64,000 nucleotides of DNA from an uncultured Pseudobdellovibrionaceae bacterium (GCA_963803705.1 CAWDNU010000003.1:64001-128000); one strand, 5' to 3'. Positions 48,784 to 59,658 are shown, numbered from the stretch's first letter. Notes: generated by a model from the letters alone, not told the origin. Program-made: numbers and translations.

Positions 48784-51672
48784 ATGAAAAAGATATTAAG
48801 TTTACTATTTATTGTGTTTGCACTCGGTGCATGCTCACTCAATGATGAAAAGCCACCGGAGCCAGCTCCAACTCCTGAACCCGCCGCTTTAATTGATAAC
48901 TTATTTGAGGCAGTTATTAAAATCAAGTGATGACTCAGTTAAAAAAGCAATTGATGACGGTGCTGACCTAACAGCTTATGATCAGTGGTGGCTATACAGC
49001 ACTTATGAGAGCTGTACAGAACGATGACACAATTATTGTTGATATATTAATTAATGGTGGATCTAAAATTTATCAGCCTTATAGAAATGATCCAAATGTG
49101 ACTGCCTGGTCACAAAGTAAAGGTGCTAAAGCTGAGATAGCAAGGCTCTTTACTGAGGAGAACAAAAAACTATTTATTAATCTTGAAAGTTTAGTTAATG
49201 AGAATAATTTTGATGAAGCTTTAAGTTTTTCAAAAGACAACTATCTACCTAAAGAAGAGCTCCTGCCTGATTCTAATATCAAAGCATTGGCGCTGGTTTC
49301 ACAGAAAGCCACTGAGTCTTCTAGTATAGATTATATTCTGCATTTGATTTCTGATATGGGCTCAATTGAACTTTCTGAAGACAAAGATCTTTTACTTTTA
49401 ACAACTTCAAAGATTAAGAATCTAAATTTATATAAATCAGTTCTAAATAGATACAATGAAAACGAGCTGGGAAGTGAGCTTTCTAAAATCACTGAAGTTG
49501 ATGCTGAGAGCATTGATTGGATGACAGGAAAAATTAGACAGATCAATTGCATTTGACTTGGCTTTAGATATAAATGAAGTAAATCAACATCTACTTTCTT
49601 TTGATCAGTCTTTATCGCCAAACAATGACAGTAAAACAAAATATTTAGATCTTGTTTCAGCAGTTCTTCAAGCTTCGGTGCCATCAACTGAAAGAAACTC
49701 TTTTATGAAAGTGGCTTTAACAAGCATTGCTCAAAAGTCCACTGTGGATTCTTCTTATCTCGATTGGATTTCACATGCTGTTGATATGTGGGCAAGTTCG
49801 GGGCTTCCAGCAACAAGTTACCCCTTTGATGATATTTCATACATTGTCTTACAAGCTGTTGAGGGTAAGTCTTTTAATATTGATAGAATTGAAACAGCTC
49901 TTGACAGTGTTTACCAATTTGCTCCAGCAATTGAAAACAAGTCAGAGCAAAGTATAAAGCTTGTGATCTCTGGAAATTTTAAATCAAGCCAAAGAAACGA
50001 GCTTTTAGAGATCCTACTTGATAAGACCAAGGTCTTGCCTGAGGGTATTATCTCTTATGCTATAGAGGCTGGCGGCATAGAGTCACTTCAATTGATCCTG
50101 GACTCTAACGTCAACTTTAACCCTAGTGAGCAATCAGAGGCTATTTTGACGGCTCTGACGAGCACTAGGTCAGGGGCCGTGGCTTATCAATTACTGGTAG
50201 AGCTAAAGGAGCGTGGTTTACCTTTTGGATCTGAAAGTGGTGCAAAAGCTGTCACATACACTTTCAATAAAGTAGTAAAAGACAAAGACGACACTTATAG
50301 CGCTCCACTTAACTTTCTTCTATCAATTTCACCATCACCACTTTCAAATCTTGGTAAAACTGAGTCTTTGAATATGCTAAAAGAACTTTTAGCAAGCACA
50401 AGGCTTTTTGAAAATGGGTGGCCTATTTTAAGTCAAATTCTAGATAAGCTAAATACTTCTGAATTTGATGGATCAGAAAAATACAAAAGAACTTTAAACA
50501 TTCCGGATGTTGATGAAGACCAAGAAGTCTTTGTAAGTTTTACTTGGGATTTTGCTCTATCCGCTTTTGAGTTTTACAGAAATAATCCAAGTGATGCAGA
50601 TGCTATTTTTATTATATTCAAAAAAGTTCTAGAAAAGTTTCCTAAAGACTCTTTTGCCATGAGTTATGTGGACGAATTGTCTGAAACCAACCCTCAATTA
50701 TTTTTAACTCAAAATATTTTACCACTAGGCTTGCTGCTTGCTATTGGTAGCAACAATATTGACATAAGAGTGACCTCTGGAAATAAAAGTTCAAACTACA
50801 AAGCAACGCCAAAATATTTGCAGCTTTATTCTTTATCTAATAGTATATTTTATGAGCACTACAGCAGCGAAAGAACATTTTGGGAAAAGATCAATCGTCA
50901 TGTCATTGATGCAGGAAATAGTTTTTCTTTGCCAAGAGACAGATCAGCTATTGAGTTCATGTCAGTGGTGCTTAATTCATATGTTTTAAACACCTACCCA
51001 AACCTTTCAAAAAGGCTTGAGAATCTAAAAATTGATTTAATAGATAGTGAAAAGCGATGTGTAGTAATGGAAGATCCTACGTTTGGGATTGGTAATGGTA
51101 TGGTTGGTCCTGATGGGCAATTTAAGACTTCTCATAAAGTTGATCCAATTGGAACTTGGACAACTTTAGGTAATTTTGAGATTTTAAGGCCAATCAAGAA
51201 TAGGTGCCTAGATGGTGAGGCCCTTACAAGAAAAGAAATCAGCTTTGTTTCTGATTACATTCAAAATAACGCTGGCTTTACTGCAAACTCAATTCAAGGC
51301 TCACTTGTTACAAACAGAACAAAAGGCTTATGTAGAGAGATCCCAAGCCCCTAAACGATTAGGTATCAACCAAAGTATGATTTTCTAGGAGTTCCATTCT
51401 TAAGAGATCTTTCGGCAGATATCGAAGCTGGAAACTCAGCACTTGAGGCAATAGCAAGCCCTATTGGATACCTTCAAGAGTGCTTTCAGTTTTCATATAA
51501 TGCCAACGCTGTTGCTGAAGCTAAAAGGCAGTTCTTAAATAGTTGGTTTAGCTGTGCATCAAGTATTAATGACCAAGCTTTAATTAACTTTTTTCAAAGC
51601 GTTTCTACTAGATATGGGATCTCACCAACTAATCCGGCTTCTAGCAAAGTAAACTTGTGTCACTTTAGGTAA
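48784..51672 (+). pseudogene. Large ankyrin-repeat lipoprotein broken into pieces
   Basis: MKKILS..LGAC lipobox at 48784; GADL..GYTALMRAV ankyrin; frameshifts near 48920, 48985, 49545 and an in-frame TAA at 51352 after which the frame stays open to 51672. Confidence 0.7.
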
Positions 51673-51676
51673 AAGA

Positions 51677-53029
51677 ATGAAAACACTTTTAAGTTCAAAA
51701 ATAGGCATATTAGGCACAGCAGTTCTGCTTGGCGGAATCTTTGTAACAGCCTCGTATTTTTATGCTCTTGAAAGTGTTCATTCCACTATTGAGGGAAAAG
51801 TCAGGTCCAACATAATCAAATGGAATCATGAATTTGCTGAAAAGATTTATAAGAAAAATGACTTAGATTTTGTGCAGAAAAAGATTGATGATCTTTTAAC
51901 CCATCCTATTTCTTCTTACAGCGTCGGTTTAACTGGCAAAGAGTCTACTTTTAAGTGGCCTAAAAAAGACAGCTACGTTGAAAGCTGCCGAGTCTATAGC
52001 GAACCAATTTATCTTTTTGGTGGAATACAGGCTGGATCTTTTAATTTTTGTATCTCTAAAAGCAGAGCTGTTAAAAAGGCACTTAGTTCACCGATATTTG
52101 TCGGTACAACTGCCGCTTCTCTTTTCTCAGTAATTTTGATTTTATATTTGTTTCCCTTAATGTCCTATAAGCGTGAGCTTAATGAGACTATAGATTTTTT
52201 AAATGATGAAAAGACTTTCAAAAACCATAAAGCTAAAAGCAGTGACCAGATTTCAAGTAAAATTGCATCTTTAGTTAAAAAGAAATATAATTCAGAAATT
52301 GAGCTAAAAGAAGCAAGGCTTGAGCTTAACACTGAAAAAGAACTTTCTAGAATCGCTAAGAGTGCAGCTCATGACAGCAGTAAAATCATTGAGGATGTAA
52401 AGACAAGAATTGAGACTTTTTCTAAAGAACCTAGTAAAGATAATTTAGATAAAATTAATTTTTCATTTAATAGAATCGGGATGATTTTTGAAGATTTAAA
52501 GCCTGGGAAGCTCTCTAAATATTCACTAAGAACAAATAAAACTGAACTTTGTGCAATTTCGGGTTTGATTCAAGATATTGTTGATGATCAAGCTCTTGAG
52601 TTTTTAAACATCAAGTTTAAATCATCAATTGAAAAAGGTCTAAAAGCTTTTTGTAACGCTAATGATCTTGAGCGAGTCATTTTAAACCTAGTTAAGAACA
52701 GTACGGAAGCCATCACTTCAAAAGGTAGAATTGAGGTCTCAGCTTCTAATAAATCTGATGAAGTCATTATTAAAGTGTCTGATAACGGGAAAGGAATGCC
52801 TGAGGATGTGATTAGATTTATTTTTGAAGAAAATTTCACCGATGAAAAGAAAAATGGAAACGGCATAGGTCTTTATACAGTTAAAAATAAAGTCTACTCA
52901 TGGCTTGGCAAAATAGATGTTGAATCTAGCCCTAACAAAGGAACAACATTTATCATTGCTCTAAAAAATGAGAATTTCACATTAAAGAAAAATTTAAAAA
53001 ATAAATCTATTAAGGATGCTGAAGTATGA
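51677..53029 (+). CDS. Membrane sensor histidine kinase
   Basis: Two TM segments; AAHD H-box, NLVKNSTEA N-box, DNGKGM G1, GNGIGL G2. Confidence 0.9.
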   Translation: MKTLLSSKIGILGTAVLLGGIFVTASYFYALESVHSTIEGKVRSNIIKWNHEFAEKIYKKNDLDFVQKKIDDLLTHPISSYSVGLTGKESTFKWPKKDSYVESCRVYSEPIYLFGGIQAGSFNFCISKSRAVKKALSSPIFVGTTAASLFSVILILYLFPLMSYKRELNETIDFLNDEKTFKNHKAKSSDQISSKIASLVKKKYNSEIELKEARLELNTEKELSRIAKSAAHDSSKIIEDVKTRIETFSKEPSKDNLDKINFSFNRIGMIFEDLKPGKLSKYSLRTNKTELCAISGLIQDIVDDQALEFLNIKFKSSIEKGLKAFCNANDLERVILNLVKNSTEAITSKGRIEVSASNKSDEVIIKVSDNGKGMPEDVIRFIFEENFTDEKKNGNGIGLYTVKNKVYSWLGKIDVESSPNKGTTFIIALKNENFTLKKNLKNKSIKDAEV

Positions 53030-53505
53030 AAAAAGTATTTTGTATAATTTTATCTGTTTGCTTGCTGTCTGGCTGCTCAACGATGACGCAGTCTCAAAAA
53101 AGAAGTGCTTATACTGTTGGAGGAGCTGCTCTTGGTGGAGTCGTTGGGGCTGCAACAACTCCTGATGATACATCAACAGCAGGACACACAGCACTGTGGG
53201 CTGGAGTTGCTGGTGTGGTTACTGCGTTAGTTACAAATTACTTTATGAGTGGTGAAAAAGAAAATGAGAGCTTGAAAAAAGAGACTGAACGCTTAAAAAC
53301 TGAAAATGATAGACTCAAAAATGCACCTAAATTTAAAACAGTTTCTGAAAAAGCTGGGTATTTCGATGACCCGTTTAATAGAGATAGTAAAGATACAGTC
53401 TGGGAAGTTAAAAAGGGTTCACAGTGGGTTGATGATGGTCCAGATGAAAAATACCATATTAATATGAGGCTAAAAAAGAAGAAGGAAAAAAGTGAAAAGA
53501 AATAA
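53026..53505 (+). CDS. Glycine-zipper lipoprotein, TraV/VirB7-like paralogue of 59038-59658
   Basis: LSGC lipobox, GGAALGGVVGAA zipper, coiled coil, short beta-rich C-terminus. Confidence 0.55.
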   Translation: MKKVFCIILSVCLLSGCSTMTQSQKRSAYTVGGAALGGVVGAATTPDDTSTAGHTALWAGVAGVVTALVTNYFMSGEKENESLKKETERLKTENDRLKNAPKFKTVSEKAGYFDDPFNRDSKDTVWEVKKGSQWVDDGPDEKYHINMRLKKKKEKSEKK

Positions 53506-54328
53506 GATCACTTTCTTTTTTCTATTTTTATCTATCTGGGCTTCTGGAGCTAGTTATCTAGCTCTAGAACACCCTAAAGTTAAAAAAATAATTTCTTATT
53601 TTGACCAATCAGATAACAAAACAGAAAATCAAGCTTCTGTTGATCAGCAGTATCAGTTCCTGATTGGCTTTATAAATGACTACTACACAGTTGATGGTAA
53701 CACCTCTTTAGAAAAGAAAATCTCAAAGCTTTCAAATCAGGTGTCTCCAGATCTTAAAAAGACAGTGATTAATAAGTACAGTAAAAACTTAAAGACTTTC
53801 CTGAAGAAAAATGGAAGACGTACAGTAGATATTGAAAAAGTTATTTTTGATAAAGAAAGCAAAGAGCTTAGAGCTTATTTAAAAATCAGCCAATCTGACA
53901 CCGACAGTAAATCAGACCTAGTTTTTTTGGTTACTTCAAAAACAGCTGCGCAGCAAGGCAACGCAAGAATAAGTTTAAGTTTTTATCAAGAAATTCCTGT
54001 AGACAAAAATCCAAGTGAGATGAATCAAAAAACTGTTTTCATATCTGATGATGCAACTTCAAGTATTTATCTTCCGTGCCGCTCTAGATCTGTATCAATA
54101 GATAAAAATACTGAGTTTGTTGACCTTAAAACCATTTATAATGAAAAGCTGGCTTTGGTTAAACCAACCCAAGAAAACATCGGATCTGTAGACCTTAAAG
54201 CTGCTTGTGGGAACCAGGGGTTTAAAATATCTCTTCTGCCAAATAGTAATTTGCTGACATTAAGGCATATTGTTAAAATGTCAGAAGGACGCGCAATCAA
54301 AACGAGAAAACAGAGGTTTTTTGAATAA
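53492..54328 (+). CDS. Membrane-anchored protein with VirB8-like and possibly VirB9-N-like regions
   Basis: N-terminal TM; FLIGFINDYYT helix typical of VirB8/NTF2 folds; C-terminal beta sandwich. Confidence 0.35.
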   Translation: MKRNKITFFFLFLSIWASGASYLALEHPKVKKIISYFDQSDNKTENQASVDQQYQFLIGFINDYYTVDGNTSLEKKISKLSNQVSPDLKKTVINKYSKNLKTFLKKNGRRTVDIEKVIFDKESKELRAYLKISQSDTDSKSDLVFLVTSKTAAQQGNARISLSFYQEIPVDKNPSEMNQKTVFISDDATSSIYLPCRSRSVSIDKNTEFVDLKTIYNEKLALVKPTQENIGSVDLKAACGNQGFKISLLPNSNLLTLRHIVKMSEGRAIKTRKQRFFE

Positions 54329-54539
54329 GTGGAGCAAGCTGTTAGAGATTCAGAAGCTAGCTCAAATCTATAGCTGATAAGCGTCAGGCTGGGACTACTA
54401 TCTAAGAAAGTCTAGTGGTCTTGTCTGTGTGATTATTAAATAGAATCAGGCTCTTACATAGACAATACTCTGCTAGTCATTCAGCTAGACTTCATTTGTT
54501 TTTTCGTCTATTTTTATAGGCATTCTAAGGGGAACAATA

Positions 54540-55862
54540 ATGAAAATTTTCATAATCATTGCCGCTGGTATCATGCTCTCAGCTTGCGCAACATCAATAA
54601 ATAAAACTGCATCACCTGAACCAAAAGAACCTCTCCCTTTGAGCCTGTCTAATGCAAGTGCATATTTTAATGAAGCTAAAAGCTTGGCAGATAAAGACAA
54701 TGGGAAGCTGTGGAATCAACAACTTTATGGTCCGATTTTGTTTGTGGATTATAAGAATCGTAAAGTCATCACAAATCAAAAAGACACGAAAGGTCTTCTT
54801 GTAAGAAAAGGCGACCTGTTTGAGGGAGAGCTACCAAAATCTGTACCTCTTGCAAATACACCTACAGAATGGGCCGGTGTTCGTTGGACGATGATGATTT
54901 GGCAAATGATTCCTAGAGAGACTTTAGCTCGCACAACCATGTTTACCCACGAGATGTTTCACCTCGTTCAGCACAAGGTAAAATTAGATGCACAAGACAA
55001 ATTAAATTTACATTTAGACTCTGAAAAAGGTCGTGTTTGGCTACAATTAGAGTGGAAAGCCCTTGCTGAGGCTTTAAAAATGAAAAAAGGATCTCCGGCG
55101 CAAGACCGTGCTATTGTGGATGCATTAGCATTTCGTGAGTACCGTCAGAAAGTTTTCCCTAATTCTAGTGAAAATGAACGTAGCCTAGAAATCTCAGAGG
55201 GCATTCCAGAATATACTGGCCTTACTATAGCAGCTCCAAATTCCTCAGCAGCTCGAAGTTATGCAGTTAAAAAGTTGATGAAGCCAGATTTGACAAGTTC
55301 ATTTGTTCGATCTTTTGCATATACATCAGGCCCAGCATACGGACTTTTACTTGATCAACGCTTACCTGGATGGAGAGCTAATCTTGATAGGAAATCGAAC
55401 TTGGGGCAGTTATTGTCAAAAACCGTAAAAACTAAACCAATTTCTGTAAACACGCGTTCAGAAAATTATGACGGCGTTTCTATTCGATTAGCGGAAAAAA
55501 ATAGAGCACAAAAAATTGAAGCAACCAAAATGAAATATCGTAAACTTCTTATTGATGGTCCAACATTAACTTTCCCTGGAAAAGCAATGAGAATGGTGTT
55601 TAATCCAAGCACTGTTGTTGGACTAGATGGCTCAAATGCAGTTTATCCAACTTTTCAAGCTAATGCTCCTTGGGGAAAACTTAAAGTAACAAAAGGCGCT
55701 TTACTTCCCAAGAATAAGACAAAAGTAACTGTTTCTGCACCAACGAAGACAGAAGGAAATCGTATTGAAGGTAAGGGGTGGACGCTCGATTTATCGCAAG
55801 GGTGGCGAGTCAGCAAAGTTGCTAAATCTAAGAACCTCATTGTTAATAAAATTGAAGAGTAA
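54540..55862 (+). CDS. Lipoprotein, probable gluzincin-type metallopeptidase
   Basis: LSAC lipobox; HEMFH (HExxH) plus downstream EGIPEY. Confidence 0.6.
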   Translation: MKIFIIIAAGIMLSACATSINKTASPEPKEPLPLSLSNASAYFNEAKSLADKDNGKLWNQQLYGPILFVDYKNRKVITNQKDTKGLLVRKGDLFEGELPKSVPLANTPTEWAGVRWTMMIWQMIPRETLARTTMFTHEMFHLVQHKVKLDAQDKLNLHLDSEKGRVWLQLEWKALAEALKMKKGSPAQDRAIVDALAFREYRQKVFPNSSENERSLEISEGIPEYTGLTIAAPNSSAARSYAVKKLMKPDLTSSFVRSFAYTSGPAYGLLLDQRLPGWRANLDRKSNLGQLLSKTVKTKPISVNTRSENYDGVSIRLAEKNRAQKIEATKMKYRKLLIDGPTLTFPGKAMRMVFNPSTVVGLDGSNAVYPTFQANAPWGKLKVTKGALLPKNKTKVTVSAPTKTEGNRIEGKGWTLDLSQGWRVSKVAKSKNLIVNKIEE

Positions 55863-56008
55863 CTTATTTTAAGTGCTAACGACTTTAGTAAAGTTGAAGC
55901 GTAATAACACTTGGACCATCTAGTGGTAAAGGCTAGTAGAGAGATTTGCCATTAATTCTAACAGAAAACCGACTCAAAATTATATTTTAAGTCGGTGGGT
56001 TTTTGAAA

Positions 56009-56200
56009 CTAAAAGTCGGTTTTTTGGTTTGAAAGTGAGTTAGCCAATTTTTCAGAAGATCCAAGTCCTTGAGTGGTTTTTGCTAGTGCAGCTTTTTTTA
56101 TTTCATCGTGAATAGTCTTTAAACTATACCCAGCTCCAAAAAATAAGCCACTACTATAAATGATTGCTATTGCCGTATTTACTAAATTGTTCATATACAT
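56009..56200 (-). CDS. Small membrane protein
   Basis: AAGGA RBS; single hydrophobic segment; overlaps the upstream gene. Confidence 0.5.
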   Translation of the reverse strand: MYMNNLVNTAIAIIYSSGLFFGAGYSLKTIHDEIKKAALAKTTQGLGSSEKLANSLSNQKTDF

Positions 56201-56594
56201 TTCCTTTTTTTCTGTTTATCTCTATTTTATTAAACTTTAGGGTTTTGGATTTGTTGATGGTAAGATTTAAAAAATCAATGTACTCTAAGCTCATTGTGAA
56301 GGATGTGAAGTCTTTTGATGTAATTTGACCTTTCTGTTTGATATAAAATGATCGCATATTCTCGAAGTGATCATGTGCAGTTAGAGATTGGTTTTGTAGC
56401 ATGATAATATCTGAGTCATTGATTTTGCCTAGAGATAGACTGATGAGCTGATCTAGCTTGATGCGACGACCAGATTTTTTTTGATTTGCTTTTTTTAAGA
56501 TGGCATCTGCTTTTTTCTTGGTTTCTATATGAAGCCGGGCATTCTGCCATAGTGATTTATTTTGATTTTGGGTTTTGATAGTTTTCTTTTGCAT
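56154..56594 (-). CDS. Hypothetical basic protein, possibly DNA-binding
   Basis: AGGAG RBS; strand-helix-helix-like N-terminus reminiscent of 58651-59028. Confidence 0.6.
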   Translation of the reverse strand: MQKKTIKTQNQNKSLWQNARLHIETKKKADAILKKANQKKSGRRIKLDQLISLSLGKINDSDIIMLQNQSLTAHDHFENMRSFYIKQKGQITSKDFTSFTMSLEYIDFLNLTINKSKTLKFNKIEINRKKGNVYEQFSKYGNSNHL

Positions 56595-56683
56595 GTTCTT
56601 ATTCTCCTGTTTGTTTCACTGGGCATTGGAAAATTGAGAATCGAAAGAATTAGAGGTGGGTCATTTTTTTAGGGTAAATGCTT

Positions 56684-56713
56684 ACGCTTCAAAAACGCTT
56701 CATTTACGCTTCA
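56684..56713 (+). repeat. Three ACGCTTCA direct repeats at 11-bp period (arm-type integrase sites)
   Basis: Copies at 56684, 56695, 56706, about 150 bp from the tRNA-derived att core. Confidence 0.65.
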
Positions 56714-56861
56714 AAAAATGAAATGGCTGGAAATTTCGAGAAATATAGATCTGAAAATCCTCGTCAGATCGAATCTACTAAGTGTAGAGTATCGTTTGTG
56801 TTTTTTAATTTTGCTAATTTGATTGTCTAAAAATGGCGCAGCGGCCAGATTTCATCACCCT

Positions 56862-56890
56862 ACCGGGTTCGAGTCCCGGTAGCGACGCCA
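56862..56890 (+). other. tRNA 3'-end fragment (T-arm + acceptor strand + CCA), probable att core; most like tRNA-Glu
   Basis: CCGGG-TTCGAGT-CCCGG-TAGCGAC-G-CCA; no matching 5' acceptor strand upstream; about 160 bp from the integrase stop. Confidence 0.8.
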
Positions 56891-57051
56891 AGTGAGCCGC
56901 AGGCGAACCAATATTAGTAATTTTTTAAAATGATGAAATGGTACATGAATAATAGTAGAGAAAAAAAATGGCGGAAACTACAAACATCTTGTAAGTGCCC
57001 GACATGATTAGAGATAAAATTAGCATAGGTGTCAAAAAGCAACAAGCCTTT

Positions 57052-58338
57052 TTAGCTCGTTGCACGATTTTGAAATAGTTGGATTACTTTGCCATCATTG
57101 TCAGGACTCTCCGTTTCAGGAACACTAAATCCAAGGCTTTGGGTAATTCCCTTAATCTCCACACCGGCAAGCCTATTATAGCCATCAGTGGTCGACATTT
57201 GACTATGACCCACTTGGTGCATGACCTTTGAAATGGAAACCCCATTGCTTAAAAGGTTTGTGATATGAGTGGCTCGTAAGTCATGGAATTTAGCCTCTCG
57301 TATACCAATTTTTTGGCAGAAATCTCGAAGCTCTCTAGCTTGGTTTCCCATGGTCCAAGACCTAATTCTTGGCAGGACTAAATCATTCACATCCACATAT
57401 TGCTTATGGTTAGAAATTCCGGGGATTTTTCTTCCAGTCTTTAAACCACCAATAACCTCATCAATCTCGACTGGGGTTGCAATATGCCTCCAAAGTCTTG
57501 CAGATTGAGGACCTATGGTTTTCTTTAAAAATAAGAAAAAATTTTTCAGCTCAGGTCCTAAATCAATAGTTCTGGTTTTTTCTTTTTTAGGAAGATGAAG
57601 ACCATCTTTTGAAGTGAACTGTTCATTGATCAAAATTGTATTCGAATCAAAATCAATTTTTTCATACTTTAAAGCATAAAGTTCACCGTTTCTTAATCCT
57701 GTCAAAAGAGCTACTACCCAGTGCGGGTAGTAGCTGTGATTAATTTGTTTAGCTTTTGTAAGTAAAGTCTTAACTTCACTTGGTGTGAAAGCAACGCCTT
57801 CATCTGATTTGGCTTGTATTTTAATTCCTCTTGCTGGATTTCTTGAAATTTCACCATCATCAACAGCTATTTCAAAAAGTCTGTGAATTCGTTTGTGAAG
57901 ATTTCGTCTTGTCCAGTCCGTAGCTCCTTTTTTAATTAAGAAGCTATGGAAATAATTAAATAAATCTTCTCTTTCTATTTCTGACATTTTCTTTTCAGAC
58001 CAAGAACTGTCCTTCCATCGATCTAAAATCCCATCATAGTTTTTAAGAGTGCTTTCTTTTAAGCCATTATTTCTCATTTTTAGTACACAAAAGTTCTTCC
58101 ACCCTTGCCAAGTGTAATTACATTTTTGATTAACGAAGGAACTTAAGTCTTCTTTTAGACCTAACTTGACTTGAGTGACCAGCGCCTGCGATGTAATTCG
58201 TCTACCATTTTTGGTAAATCGTGACGACTTTTTCCTAAGTTTTCCTAACTTATCTCGCTGATGCACCATCACCTCATAATATTTTTTTCCTTCATGAGTG
58301 TAAGATGCTACTGAACAATCATTTTTAAAATCTGACAT
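57052..58338 (-). CDS. Tyrosine recombinase/integrase
   Basis: TGLRNGE, FHDLR, VGHS..TTDGY catalytic motifs; N-terminal arm- and core-binding regions. Confidence 0.95.
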   Translation of the reverse strand: MSDFKNDCSVASYTHEGKKYYEVMVHQRDKLGKLRKKSSRFTKNGRRITSQALVTQVKLGLKEDLSSFVNQKCNYTWQGWKNFCVLKMRNNGLKESTLKNYDGILDRWKDSSWSEKKMSEIEREDLFNYFHSFLIKKGATDWTRRNLHKRIHRLFEIAVDDGEISRNPARGIKIQAKSDEGVAFTPSEVKTLLTKAKQINHSYYPHWVVALLTGLRNGELYALKYEKIDFDSNTILINEQFTSKDGLHLPKKEKTRTIDLGPELKNFFLFLKKTIGPQSARLWRHIATPVEIDEVIGGLKTGRKIPGISNHKQYVDVNDLVLPRIRSWTMGNQARELRDFCQKIGIREAKFHDLRATHITNLLSNGVSISKVMHQVGHSQMSTTDGYNRLAGVEIKGITQSLGFSVPETESPDNDGKVIQLFQNRATS

Positions 58339-58340
58339 AT

Positions 58341-58568
58341 TTAATTCTCCTTTAGTTTAAGAAGACTAAGTAAATCTGATTTCAAAAATCTCAATCGACA
58401 ACCAAGCTTATAAGATTTTACCTGATGCCTACAGACCATAATTCTAAGTGCGTTTGTAGATAAAGATAAAAAATTAGCGGCTTCAGTTGTAGACAGCCAT
58501 TCTAATTCTACTCGATTTTCAAAGAACAAATCCCTTTTAGGGAAAGTTTTATTATTTTTAAAACTCAT
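58341..58568 (-). CDS. Excisionase-like HTH_17 protein
   Basis: WLSTTEAANFLSLS..ALR..YKLG..LRFLKSDL; directly upstream of the integrase. Confidence 0.85.
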   Translation of the reverse strand: MSFKNNKTFPKRDLFFENRVELEWLSTTEAANFLSLSTNALRIMVCRHQVKSYKLGCRLRFLKSDLLSLLKLKEN

Positions 58569-58650
58569 TTAAATGATAACGCTTTTTTGTTTTTGAAACA
58601 AAGTATTTTTTCTCGTTAAAAATCTTTTTTTACCAATATTTATAGGGTTT

Positions 58651-59028
58651 CTAGACGGTTTGAACATTTGTTATATCCTTATTTAGGTTGCGCTTGTTTG
58701 GCATCAAGATGCCCTTGGTTGAACTTATATTTTTGTTTCTTATGGTGGCTTCGTACTCTTGAAGTCGCTTTATAACAGCTTCAGTTGATTCATCATTTAA
58801 CGCTGCTTGTTTTAAATAAGCTTTCTTATCAAAAAATTTTGTCTTTAAAAATGAAATTTCTTTTTGTAGATATTGTTCGTTCATTGAAATCACTAATTCA
58901 GAAATTAGATCTGACCATGATAATTTCAAATAAGGGCCCTCCTTTTGAAGAGCCCTGTAGATTTCGTTAAGTGCGTTCACACCATTAACGTTTAGTTTAA
59001 ATTGGGTATTTGAATTTGCTTGTTTCAT
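58651..59028 (-). CDS. Hypothetical element protein
   Basis: AAGGAG RBS, in operon order. Confidence 0.65.
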   Translation of the reverse strand: MKQANSNTQFKLNVNGVNALNEIYRALQKEGPYLKLSWSDLISELVISMNEQYLQKEISFLKTKFFDKKAYLKQAALNDESTEAVIKRLQEYEATIRNKNISSTKGILMPNKRNLNKDITNVQTV

Positions 59029-59037
59029 AAATTTTAA

Positions 59038-59658
59038 TTACTCCTTGCTTGGTTTTGGAAGGCTAAATTGAGGGCTTCCGATTAAGACCCAACGCTTGTG
59101 GCCCTGAATAAGAACCCTTCCATCGTCTGTTGTATGGGTTTCGATATAGTCTTCTTTAACGTCGGGACTTGTTACAAAGCTTCCATACTTTGATTCAGTC
59201 ACTGGTTTAAATCCCTGATCTATTCCATGAGCTTCAAGATTAAAAAGAGTTTCTTTTCTGACCCTATCTTCTCGGGTGTTCATAATGCGGTGTAAAAGGT
59301 ATCCTAAGCCTGCACCAACTAATCCTCCAACCACTGATCTTCTAATTGTGGATTTTTGATCAGCATTTACATTAAGACCTTGCTCCATAATAGCTCCAGT
59401 ACTTGCACCGACTGTTAGTCCTAAAACTGTGGTCTTCTCTATACTTGAACAGTTAATTAAACCTAACATTACAGCTCCTAACACAATAAATTTTAAGGTC
59501 CTTACAAAATGATCCCATATATTGGGGACTCCCCCTATGGATTCAAAACCCCTGGATTTGATGATGTTTAGTGATTCCGATATGTTAGCTAAATTTATTA
59601 AATTTTTACATGAGCACTGATCGCTCATAGTTTTGATAAGGTAATGCCCATATCTCAT
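59038..59658 (-). CDS. TraV/VirB7-like glycine-zipper lipoprotein
   Basis: LINC lipobox-like; GGLVGAGLG; PDVKEDYIE..DDGRVLIQGHKRWVL..PQF resembles the TraV C-terminal motif. Confidence 0.55.
   Translation of the reverse strand: MRYGHYLIKTMSDQCSCKNLINLANISESLNIIKSRGFESIGGVPNIWDHFVRTLKFIVLGAVMLGLINCSSIEKTTVLGLTVGASTGAIMEQGLNVNADQKSTIRRSVVGGLVGAGLGYLLHRIMNTREDRVRKETLFNLEAHGIDQGFKPVTESKYGSFVTSPDVKEDYIETHTTDDGRVLIQGHKRWVLIGSPQFSLPKPSKE

Noticed and set aside
56815..56890. Complete tRNA gene
   Set aside because: Only the T-arm and 3' acceptor strand are present; no GTCGCTA 5' strand, D-arm or paired anticodon stem
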